Shown here in pieces: positions 8,547-16,367 of a DNA stretch of 64,000 bases. The stretch comes from a virus. Lineage: Duplodnaviria; Caudoviricetes. Positions within the stretch are counted from its first letter, which is position 1. Every line of letters starts with the position of its first letter. A model generated the notes under the pieces. That model did no database searches, was not told the origin of the DNA, and saw only the letters and a list, made by a program, of their open reading frames with translations. The position numbers were made by a program, and so were the translations under genes. Location: the IMG/VR virus record IMGVR_UViG_3300048854_000065, positions 2,100 to 66,099 of that record, one strand, 5' to 3'.

Positions 8547-8912
8547 TTAGTTTGCCTCCTTCTGCATGCAGTCATTGCAGAGCATTGTGCAGTCATCTAC
8601 GATTCCGCCTGCAGGTTGCCAAACCATAGAATCGGGTGAGGTGCGGAAAGCTTTGTTGCAGTTTTCGCAGTTAGACCATTCATCGGACCATTCAATGGAA
8701 TAGCCATAAGACTCCAGAATCGAATCGATGCTGCTAGCAAAATAGTTCCAGTTGGCGAACAAGATGCACTTTGCCGGGTTGGTATATCCGGGCTCTGCAT
8801 ATCCTGTTGCGAAGTTCATGTTTTCAATTTCGGATATGCGCGATTGGATGGAGTAGTTGCCGCAGTGAGGTTCGCGGCAAAGTGAAGCTTTCAAAATGTA
8901 CTGTGGGGTCAT
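8547..8912 (-). CDS. Hypothetical protein with Cys pairs
   Basis: RBS AAAGGAG; CENCNK...LCNDC. Confidence 0.6.
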   Translation of the reverse strand: MTPQYILKASLCREPHCGNYSIQSRISEIENMNFATGYAEPGYTNPAKCILFANWNYFASSIDSILESYGYSIEWSDEWSNCENCNKAFRTSPDSMVWQPAGGIVDDCTMLCNDCMQKEAN

Positions 8913-8950
8913 GTTCGGGTAAATCTCCTTTAGTTGAATCTTCTGACGTT

Positions 8951-9004
8951 GGTCTCATCAGCATGCGCGTAACGCATGGACGGCCTATACAGGCCGTTTC
9001 GACC
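8951..9004 (-). ncRNA. Type II hammerhead ribozyme HH2
   Basis: Minus strand GGTC-GAAA-CGGCCT(GTAT)AGGCCG-TC|CATGCG(TTACG)CGCATG-CTGATGA-GACC; predicted cut after GUC between 8979 and 8978. Confidence 0.94.
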
Positions 9005-9005
9005 T

Positions 9006-9197
9006 TTAGAGGTGCTTGGACATCATCATGAGCCTACGGAAGCGTAGGACGGGCACCAAAAGCTGGAAAATGGCCTCTGTGGATATGCCGATAACGAGTG
9101 CAAAGATAATGATGCTTCGAAAGTCGAAGCCAACATGAAAGCCATAGACGAAGCCTGCGAGTAGAAGAACGATACGAAGAATAGAGCGGATGTGCAT
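9006..9197 (-). CDS. Small two-TM membrane protein
   Basis: Two hydrophobic segments; RBS AAAGGAG; stop 1 nt before HH2. Confidence 0.6.
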   Translation of the reverse strand: MHIRSILRIVLLLAGFVYGFHVGFDFRSIIIFALVIGISTEAIFQLLVPVLRFRRLMMMSKHL

Positions 9198-9241
9198 TTT
9201 GAATCTCCTTTTGTGCCTTTGGTGAGGCTTAGGGTTGAGAA

Positions 9242-9478
9242 TTAGTTTGTGCCGTTGGCGACACGGATAAGACGCTCGCCTAATGCGATGGCTTCATCTT
9301 TGGACATAGCAGCGTGAATGCATACGTTGGTCACTTTGAAGTCACCAAAAGAGAGAGTCACGACGGGTGACCAGTTAGGGCCAACGTTGGACGCGCCTAC
9401 GCTGGTCTCAACATCGATGGATGGTATGCGGGTCCTACGCTTGGTATTCAGGTCCCGGAATCGCGATTGCATTTTCAT
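9242..9478 (-). CDS. Hypothetical protein
   Basis: RBS AAAGGAG directly after HH3; MKMQSRF... Confidence 0.6.
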   Translation of the reverse strand: MKMQSRFRDLNTKRRTRIPSIDVETSVGASNVGPNWSPVVTLSFGDFKVTNVCIHAAMSKDEAIALGERLIRVANGTN

Positions 9479-9497
9479 GGCGAGTGAATCTCCTTTT

Positions 9498-9550
9498 GGT
9501 CTCTTCAGTGACCGCATCACGGTCAGACGGGCAAGATGCCCGTTTCGACC
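9498..9550 (-). ncRNA. Type II hammerhead ribozyme HH3
   Basis: Minus strand GGTC-GAAA-CGGGCA(TCT)TGCCCG-TC|TGACCG(TGATG)CGGTCA-CTGAAGA-GACC; predicted cut after GUC between 9526 and 9525. Confidence 0.94.
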
Positions 9551-10350
9551 TATGCTGCTATGGCATCTAGCAACGTGGATGCCGTTTTAGAGATGACTTC
9601 GATCGATGCGGCAAAGGAATCCGCATCACCGTTATAGAGCTTGATGTAGTCAGCGCTTGATGTGTTCATGTCCAGACCGATGGCAGAACCTACGATGAAG
9701 GCAACGGCTTCGGCTTCGAGTTCGCGCGATTCCTTCGTTGTGCCTGTGCGCTTGTCGCCTTTGTGCATCAACTCATGCGCTACTTCGTGAGTCAGGGTTG
9801 AGAACAATTCAGCACCGTTTGTGCACGATGCAAGCTTGATGGTCCCACCGTAACTCATGCCTTTAGCCGGAAGGATGTCATCAGCATCAAAGGCAACCGT
9901 GATGCTGTTATCTGCGCACAGGGTCAAAAGCTTTTGATAGGAATCAGCAGCGTCACCCGATGCTGTGGCGAATTCTGGTAATTCCTCGCCATCGGTCTGC
10001 GAGATATCGAACACACACACAGACCGGAACCCGAACACGAAAGATTTATCCTCTGAGGTGGCTTCGTCCTTCTTTTTGCCTACCATTGGGGCAAGGATGC
10101 GAATCGCCTTTGATCCCTTCTTTACAAAGCGATTGTGATCCTTCCATGCGTTGAATCCTGCCACTCTGGAGGCATCGGGCATCTGAGACCAGATGAGTAT
10201 CTGATTGCCCCATGAGTAGCGATAGAAGGTGCCCATCGCTTTGAGGTATGCGGTTAGGGCTTCGGACTGGCCAGCTTTTAGCAGCTCGGTCAGTTTGGTG
10301 ATTGCTTCGCTGATTGCTTCTTTGCCATTGGTTTTGATTGCTTCGGACAT
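9550..10350 (-). CDS. ardC: ArdC-family antirestriction protein (ssDNA-binding domain + zincin-like HExxH domain)
   Basis: YSWGNQILI...VAGFNAWK...RFVKKGSKAIRILAP; VFDISQTDG; THEVAHELMH...ELEAEAVAF. Confidence 0.88.
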   Translation of the reverse strand: MSEAIKTNGKEAISEAITKLTELLKAGQSEALTAYLKAMGTFYRYSWGNQILIWSQMPDASRVAGFNAWKDHNRFVKKGSKAIRILAPMVGKKKDEATSEDKSFVFGFRSVCVFDISQTDGEELPEFATASGDAADSYQKLLTLCADNSITVAFDADDILPAKGMSYGGTIKLASCTNGAELFSTLTHEVAHELMHKGDKRTGTTKESRELEAEAVAFIVGSAIGLDMNTSSADYIKLYNGDADSFAASIEVISKTASTLLDAIAA

Positions 10351-10414
10351 TTGTGTATCTCCTTTAGTGCCTCTGGTAAGGCTGACCGGATAACGCTCCG
10401 GTCTGGCGTTTGGG

Positions 10415-10831
10415 TTATTTGCAGAGTGATTCGGGCAGGCCAGCTTCGCGCAATGCAGCAAGCTGGAAAGACGTAACAAACGAGTCCAAGCGATTGGAGA
10501 GGGTTTTATCGGGTGAGAGTAGGTAAACGTGTCCATCTGCGTTTACTTCCAGCCACCCGTCAGAAGAGGTGTGGATTCTATGCATATTTTTGACGCCACC
10601 GTCTAAAGCCCTCTGATAGGCCTTAGTGACATCTCCATCGGTTGTGAAGGTTACGTATTCACGGCCTGCGTTTATTGCAGCATCGGCCTGCGAAGTGGTT
10701 AGGCCGTTCTCGAATCCGATGGTGTTTGCTCCATTGCCTGATACGTGGTCCCGGTACGCTGCAATGCAGGTAAGGAGTCCGTATTTCTTGGTTGCTCTAG
10801 CCGACTTGGGGCTGAGTGTGACGTTGGTCAT
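10415..10831 (-). CDS. Hypothetical protein, first gene of the leftward early cluster
   Basis: RBS AAGGA; MTNVTLSPK... Confidence 0.6.
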   Translation of the reverse strand: MTNVTLSPKSARATKKYGLLTCIAAYRDHVSGNGANTIGFENGLTTSQADAAINAGREYVTFTTDGDVTKAYQRALDGGVKNMHRIHTSSDGWLEVNADGHVYLLSPDKTLSNRLDSFVTSFQLAALREAGLPESLCK

Positions 10832-10857
10832 GGCGAGTGTCCTTTCCTTCTTAAATG

Positions 10858-10888
10858 ATTGTACAGCATTTCCAGTGGATGCAGTCAA
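10858..10888 (-). promoter_or_regulatory. Candidate sigma70-type promoter for the leftward cluster
   Basis: TTGACT-19 bp-TACAAT in an AT-rich divergent intergenic region; spacer longer than optimal. Confidence 0.35.
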
Positions 10889-10953
10889 CACAGTATTTGA
10901 TATTATTCATACAGCCCGTTTACCCATGGGCACCAAAAGGAGAAACACTCGCC

Positions 10954-11217
10954 ATGACAGACCAGACCATTACAGCGATTGCAACGGCTTCAGTGCCTAC
11001 CGTAGCCGTCCTACTCGCCTATTTCCTCAATAACCGCAACCTGCAGGATTTACGTGCTGATGTTCGGGTTGATATGCAGGGTATCCGCGCTGAACTACTC
11101 CAGTTCAGAACCGAAGTGAATGCCAAGTTTGCATTGATCCATGCGGATGTATCGACGCTGGTCAAAGTGACCCATGAATTAGATAAGCGCATCACTCGTC
11201 TAGAGGATGCGTCATAG
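10954..11217 (+). CDS. Small protein: N-terminal TM + coiled coil
   Basis: RBS AAGGAG; VPTVAVLLAYFL then heptad repeats ending ELDKRITRLE. Confidence 0.65.
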   Translation: MTDQTITAIATASVPTVAVLLAYFLNNRNLQDLRADVRVDMQGIRAELLQFRTEVNAKFALIHADVSTLVKVTHELDKRITRLEDAS

Positions 11218-11295
11218 ACATTCACCGTGCCGAATCCTTTAGCGGTAAGTGAATCGTGCGGGGTGGTACTCGCGGCCGGTACGTAACCCGGCAAA

Positions 11296-11332
11296 CTGAC
11301 GGCCATGAGTCCTAACCGATTCATGGCCGTCA
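11296..11332. repeat. Perfect 13-bp inverted repeat (hairpin)
   Basis: CTGACGGCCATGA-N11-TCATGGCCGTCAG. Confidence 0.7.
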
Positions 11333-11838
11333 GGCCGTTGAGCACCTCAAACGCGAGTCCGCTATCCCCTTCTCATGCCTCTATACAAAGAACTAGAACA
11401 AGCTAGAACATGGCAAAGGATGGCTACGTGTAATCACCCATGGAACACACACAAAGGTGCATAGCGTATGCACATTTAGAGACGCCGAATTACTGACCGG
11501 CGATCCCTTGCCAACTCTCTCAAACAGTTTTTTGTACGCTTATCAACGCATGCGCAGGTGATGCCCAAACGCACGGTCAGCCATGGCGCATTGTCTAGTA
11601 GTTTGCTCGGTTGTCCAGACGCATAAATGCCCGTAAACATTGGTGTTTGGGCATCCACAGACAAATTCTACGGAATGGGATGCACGGCACCCAAACGCAT
11701 GCTTTGAGGTGAGGGTTCAACGCTCGCAATGGACTAGATAGGCCATGGCTATGGCTAATTTATTTGTCGGCACCCCCACCCCCACCCATGGCATTGACGC
11801 CAAACAGAACCCGCTTTTTCAGAACCAAAAAATAAAAA

Positions 11839-11856
11839 AGTAGGCTCTAGACGACA
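11839..11856. promoter_or_regulatory. Degenerate palindromic operator copy
   Basis: AGTAGGCTCTAGACGACA (3 mismatches), upstream of the rightward cluster. Confidence 0.45.
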
Positions 11857-11907
11857 GGCCCCTCGGAGTAGTAGTTGTAGTAAGTAATCTGTTTGGAGGA
11901 GAATGAG

Positions 11908-12132
11908 TTGACCACTACTACTACTGATGAATTGGAGTGCCAGCGTTGCGGCCATGAATGGGAGCCGATGTACCCGGACGCGTTGCCGAAGGTATGCCCT
12001 CGTTGCAAGAGCTACAAGTGGCAGGAACCTCGCTCTACGATGCCCATTGCTCGCGCTAGGAAGCCCGTAGCGAGCGCGCCGGGTCCAGAGGTGGCGGAGA
12101 GGGTGATCGTGTATGGGGAGGATGCAGGATGA
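11908..12132 (+). CDS. Zinc-ribbon protein (paralog of 5746-5958)
   Basis: RBS GGAGGAG + TTG; CQRCGHEW...LPKVCPRCKSYKW. Confidence 0.7.
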   Translation: MTTTTTDELECQRCGHEWEPMYPDALPKVCPRCKSYKWQEPRSTMPIARARKPVASAPGPEVAERVIVYGEDAG

Positions 12133-12377
12133 CCGACGTAAAGAAGGGTGACCGGGTTCGTGTGCGTCGGTTGGGATCGGCCGATGGCTGGTGCTACTGC
12201 ACGGTGGAGATGGTCTCTCCGAATGGTGTGGCCCTCGGTCTGGTGGTTGAGGATGGGGCGGTGTATACGGAGCGCGGAGGGATGGTGACCGGGTTCCTCC
12301 CCATCTCCGTGGTCAAAGACAACGCCTACGAGATCGGGACCATGACCAAGCTGGAGATGGAGGGGACGGTTCAGTGA
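12129..12377 (+). CDS. Hypothetical protein (SH3/KOW-like start)
   Basis: VKKGDRVRV pattern; ATGA coupling. Confidence 0.55.
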   Translation: MTDVKKGDRVRVRRLGSADGWCYCTVEMVSPNGVALGLVVEDGAVYTERGGMVTGFLPISVVKDNAYEIGTMTKLEMEGTVQ

Positions 12378-13354
12378 GATTTGGATCGATGACCAAGGAG
12401 GAGAGCTGGCAGCAATCGCTAATGCTCTACGAGGCCACGGAGAAGGATCACCCCGACTTCTGGAATCGCCTCTATCCGCGACGTTACAACGATGTCGGTT
12501 CTTATGACAGCCCCAAGGCGGTGGGACGCGCGCTGATCGATGCGATCTCCGCTTACGTCCAGAGTAAGGGTGGTGTAAACGAACAGGCTGAGGTGCTGTG
12601 GGCGTCGCTCATGGTGCGCTACAGGGTGCCTACCTACTACCTGAGTCGCGATCTGGCTGAGGCGCTGCTGAAGACCACCCCGGTCGAAAGGATTGACTGG
12701 ACGGACATGAAGCTGCCGATGCCGTGCGCGGCCTTTATGCTGCCACGCGACATGCTTCTGCACCCCGGCGAGGAAGGCTACATCTCCTTCGTCGCTTACA
12801 GCCGGACGATGGAGAACCAACGAGAGCCGGTGCCGTACCCGGTTCCGAGCGCCTTGGAGCTGCACTGCATGAAGACCAACTTCAACATCTTCGCGCGGGT
12901 CCACAATGGCTGCACTCTGCACTGGACTCTTGACGAGAACTATCAGCTCATCGATTTCAAGCAGGTTGGTGAGGATTTGGAGGCTGGTCCTTGGCATGAC
13001 ACCAAACTCAAAGAGACGCAACTGGACGGTTCCGATAATGCAGTGCTGGCGCGGTGCGTGAATCTGCTCTTCAACATCCTGCTGCTGATGACGGCTAAGA
13101 GCGAAATGGTGGAGTGCGGCCAGATATTGAAGCGGGTTCGCTTCGGCAAGAGCGGCTTCGTTGAATACTGGTCGCCCCACATCATTGGGCGGTCTTACAA
13201 GATTCGGCGCGAGGTTCAGCCCGGTGATGGCAGCCATGCTTCGCCTCGCGGCCATTGGGTATCGGGTTTCTGGCGCGAGCAGCCCCACGGTCCCGGTCGT
13301 ACCCTTCGGCGCACACTTTGGATTGAGCCGTTCTTTCGCGGAGGAGCACTGTGA
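12374..13354 (+). CDS. Conserved phage hypothetical protein
   Basis: C-terminal HASPRGHWVSGFWREQPHGPGR...RTLWIEP motif. Confidence 0.65.
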   Translation: MRFGSMTKEESWQQSLMLYEATEKDHPDFWNRLYPRRYNDVGSYDSPKAVGRALIDAISAYVQSKGGVNEQAEVLWASLMVRYRVPTYYLSRDLAEALLKTTPVERIDWTDMKLPMPCAAFMLPRDMLLHPGEEGYISFVAYSRTMENQREPVPYPVPSALELHCMKTNFNIFARVHNGCTLHWTLDENYQLIDFKQVGEDLEAGPWHDTKLKETQLDGSDNAVLARCVNLLFNILLLMTAKSEMVECGQILKRVRFGKSGFVEYWSPHIIGRSYKIRREVQPGDGSHASPRGHWVSGFWREQPHGPGRTLRRTLWIEPFFRGGAL

Positions 13355-13731
13355 GCATTCGAATAGACGAGAAGACCGTGGGCCTCTGGTATCTGAACAC
13401 CATTCCGGGGCATCAGGACTGGATGGCAGGGATTCGCGAAATCGAGCCCGAAAACAAGTACGAGGTTACCTACCGATTTCGCTACTACGAGGATGGCGAA
13501 GCCTTCGATTCGAAGGATCGGAAGAACTGGTATGGAGGCACAGTGACCGGCACCAGAGCCTATACCATCGCCGGGATCAGGGAGGCCGGGAAGTTGCTGG
13601 AGTCGGTCTCTGACGGCAAGCTCTACGAGCTGATGATGAACGACGAGCGCGACGTGAAGAAGTTCGCCGAAGCTTGGCAGTCGATGCCCTTCGTCTTCGC
13701 GCGGATGGAGTCGAAGAAGGTGCCGGAGTGA
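13351..13731 (+). CDS. Hypothetical protein
   Basis: GTGA coupling; ORF track. Confidence 0.6.
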   Translation: MSIRIDEKTVGLWYLNTIPGHQDWMAGIREIEPENKYEVTYRFRYYEDGEAFDSKDRKNWYGGTVTGTRAYTIAGIREAGKLLESVSDGKLYELMMNDERDVKKFAEAWQSMPFVFARMESKKVPE

Positions 13732-13973
13732 AGGCGACGATGGTGCTGATGCGGTTCATCGCGGATGTGGTGACTCCGATTCTGATCGGGGCGGCTATCG
13801 GGTGTTTATTGGGAAGGTAGCCCGTCTCAGACCGCTAAGCCGGGCTCAACAGGCTCCGGCCCGACTTGGCAAACTGACAAGCCCTTACAGGAAGGGGCTC
13901 CAGCTTGCGACGGGTGCCTCTAGGGTATCGACCTGAAATTAAATGTGCAAGTGAAAGCGCAAGTGATATACAT

Positions 13974-13991
13974 TGTAGGTCGCAGCCTACA
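13974..13991. promoter_or_regulatory. 18-bp palindromic operator copy (perfect)
   Basis: TGTAGGTCGCAGCCTACA, preceded by GTGCAAG/GCGCAAG repeats, followed by RBS. Confidence 0.8.
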
Positions 13992-14148
13992 GGAGGGTTT
14001 GGACGTTGAACGAGCTGGAGAAAAAGGTGCTTCGCAAGATGAAGATTCGCGCGTTTTTTCGCGGGTTACTGTTCCTCCCGCTGCGCAGTTCGCAGGAGAT
14101 TCTGAAGGATTTTGACCGCCTGACCGAACAGGCCCGGAAGGAGGCCCG

Positions 14149-14358
14149 GTGACTCCAATGAAGAAGGGCGAGATGCTTCGGCTTCTGGAGCGCATACCGA
14201 CCAAAGCGCTGCAGTCAGAGGTAGGCAGACGGAACGCCGCCCTGCGCGTGACCCATGCCGGTGGCAGACCCAAGATCGTGAAGCTCTGTCCCGGCTGCAG
14301 GGAGCCCATGGGCGTCAGGGAATACAAAGCACACAAGTGCAAAAAGGAGACCCGGTGA
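14149..14358 (+). CDS. Small DNA-binding protein (GGRPK + Cys/His zinc ligands)
   Basis: HAGGRPKIVKLCPGC...YKAHKC. Confidence 0.55.
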   Translation: MTPMKKGEMLRLLERIPTKALQSEVGRRNAALRVTHAGGRPKIVKLCPGCREPMGVREYKAHKCKKETR

Positions 14359-14612
14359 TCGATAGCACAATTCAGCAGACCGACTTGCCGCGCAGGTTTG
14401 GACCGAAGACGGTCGATCATCCCTCGGTCGGCAATGAGTGTGTTCTGTGCGATCAGAAGTTCGCCGCAGGAGATTACACGACGCTGATGCCTATTGGCCC
14501 TGATCCTGACAACAAAGAAGCGGTCCGTGCCTTTCTTGTCGGCAAGCCGTATAACTCGCGCGCGGTGGAGATTCATTGGGACTGCCTGCGCGTAATCCTA
14601 GGGGACGCATGA
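14355..14612 (+). CDS. Hypothetical zinc-binding protein
   Basis: CVLC...IHWDC; GTGA coupling. Confidence 0.55.
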   Translation: MIDSTIQQTDLPRRFGPKTVDHPSVGNECVLCDQKFAAGDYTTLMPIGPDPDNKEAVRAFLVGKPYNSRAVEIHWDCLRVILGDA

Positions 14613-14851
14613 AGACTACGAGCGAAGACATTCGGGAAGCCATCCTGAGAGTGCTCACGCTGGACTGGACGGCGGGTCTGGACGTGCACAAAGAGGTGGA
14701 GTACGTCTTTCAGCACGCCATCACCTATCAGGCCGTCTATGACGCCTTGGTGAAGCTGGAGAGCGAACACAAGATTGAATCAGAAGAGCGTGAGGGTGGA
14801 TCGGTGCGCAACTGGCTGGCCTTCAGGGTCTATCGGAAGGTGAACGCATGA
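14609..14851 (+). CDS. Winged-helix (PadR-like) protein
   Basis: ILRVL...DVHKEV...ITYQAVYDALVKLESEHKIES...RVY. Confidence 0.55.
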   Translation: MKTTSEDIREAILRVLTLDWTAGLDVHKEVEYVFQHAITYQAVYDALVKLESEHKIESEEREGGSVRNWLAFRVYRKVNA

Positions 14852-15168
14852 TTATGTCGATGTTGAACCTTACAGAGTCGAAGGAATCGATTCTTGTCGT
14901 CATCATGGAACAGGAAAACGTAGATCGCATGGCCAAGGCCGATCCGATCACGCTGGAGTCGATCTCGAGGGGTGGCTTCCTCCCGGCTCCCGAGTTCCCG
15001 GAGCAGTTCAGCATCCTTGTGGCTTACGAGCCCGACAGTAAAGAGCTGCAGGCTCGCGCGGCTGTAGGTGGTGTGGAATTCCTGATGTGGCTGGAGCGTG
15101 GCCGCAAGTGGATCGAGGGCACGGATGGCCGCCGGGACCCCATAGTCATAGGGAAGGGGAAGCAATGA
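14848..15168 (+). CDS. Hypothetical protein
   Basis: ATGA coupling; ORF track. Confidence 0.55.
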   Translation: MIMSMLNLTESKESILVVIMEQENVDRMAKADPITLESISRGGFLPAPEFPEQFSILVAYEPDSKELQARAAVGGVEFLMWLERGRKWIEGTDGRRDPIVIGKGKQ

Positions 15169-15680
15169 ACAAGATTGAGGACATCGACAATGCCGTGCGC
15201 GTCCCGGCACGCTTATGCCCGGTGTGTTTCGGGCAACTCGACGGCGCATCGTCGATTGAAAACGACAAGATTGCGCCGAAGCCCGGCGATGTGTCGTTCT
15301 GCATCTACTGCGCTGCGATGCTGCAGTTCGGCCCTGATATGGTGCTCGTCATCGAAGATCGGCCGGAAGTGCTGAACGATGAAAAGCTCAAAAGCATGCA
15401 GGAGGACATCAAAAAATTCCTTCGCGACGTGAAGAAGAATGGTCCTCCATTGCGCTGCTATGCCTGCAAGGGCGGCTTCCCGGAGGAGCTGAAGAAGAAG
15501 GCCAACCTGCAGCCGGGAATGCGCCTTGTGTGTGCCTTTTGCGCAGCGGTGAACCTCTACAACAACAAGCGATGGCTGGTGGAAGAGACCGACGAAGAGT
15601 TTCTGAACAGCGAGAGCGCGAAGGCGGCAATTGCACTGGTACGAGATGTGATCGACCAACGAAAGGCGAACGCACACTGA
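15165..15680 (+). CDS. Hypothetical protein with two zinc-ribbon-like units
   Basis: CPVC...PKPGDVSFCIYC; CYAC...PGMRLVCAFC. Confidence 0.6.
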   Translation: MNKIEDIDNAVRVPARLCPVCFGQLDGASSIENDKIAPKPGDVSFCIYCAAMLQFGPDMVLVIEDRPEVLNDEKLKSMQEDIKKFLRDVKKNGPPLRCYACKGGFPEELKKKANLQPGMRLVCAFCAAVNLYNNKRWLVEETDEEFLNSESAKAAIALVRDVIDQRKANAH

Positions 15681-15840
15681 GACGAGTAGATTGGCGCGCT
15701 CCCACGGACAAAGAGCTGGAAGAGATCAGACGCTACACTGCGGAGTGTCTGAAGGCAAAGAGGTACGAGGAGTTTTTGCGATGCAAGGACAAACTGATCG
15801 AGTACCTGCACAGCAGGAAGATCGAGCTGGAGCAGGGCGG

Positions 15841-16080
15841 ATGACGCGAGCCAAGGGCTTTTGGACGGTTACGGCCGGTGTGCTGCTGAATGAATCAATG
15901 CCGGAGTACGGAAAGCAGTGGTGCTACACCAGCGCGGACTACGAGCAGGACATCAAAAACGCAGAAAACGGGGAAGAGACCGGCTTCATGCGCATGGATC
16001 GCGAGGCGCACGAGTACGCCAGATCGATCACGCATCCGAGTTTTGTGAATTGGGTAAAGATGGAGTTCCTATGGGTATAA
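15841..16080 (+). CDS. Hypothetical protein
   Basis: ATGA coupling; ORF track. Confidence 0.55.
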   Translation: MTRAKGFWTVTAGVLLNESMPEYGKQWCYTSADYEQDIKNAENGEETGFMRMDREAHEYARSITHPSFVNWVKMEFLWV

Positions 16081-16367
16081 AAGACGATCTGGAGAAGGTG
16101 AATAGCATTCCTCGGGACATGCTTACGCTGAATCACAAGATGGTGCTGGTGCTGTCGGCATCGTTCTATCTGGCCGGTCAGATGGCCGCATTGGACAGCA
16201 CCGCAGAGGGCGCTACAGAGGTGATGCGTGACGCTTTGGGAGTCTTTTACAACTCCTACATGGCGATGTTTCCTGACGGGCCTCTGGAGGCTCAGGCAGC
16301 AATACAGGAGTTCTCGCGTCAGATCGGCATCATGCCGGGAGATGCGTGGAAGGAGGCGGTGAATTGA
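16071..16367 (+). CDS. Hypothetical protein
   Basis: RBS GGAG; MGIKDDLEK... Confidence 0.5.
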   Translation: MGIKDDLEKVNSIPRDMLTLNHKMVLVLSASFYLAGQMAALDSTAEGATEVMRDALGVFYNSYMAMFPDGPLEAQAAIQEFSRQIGIMPGDAWKEAVN

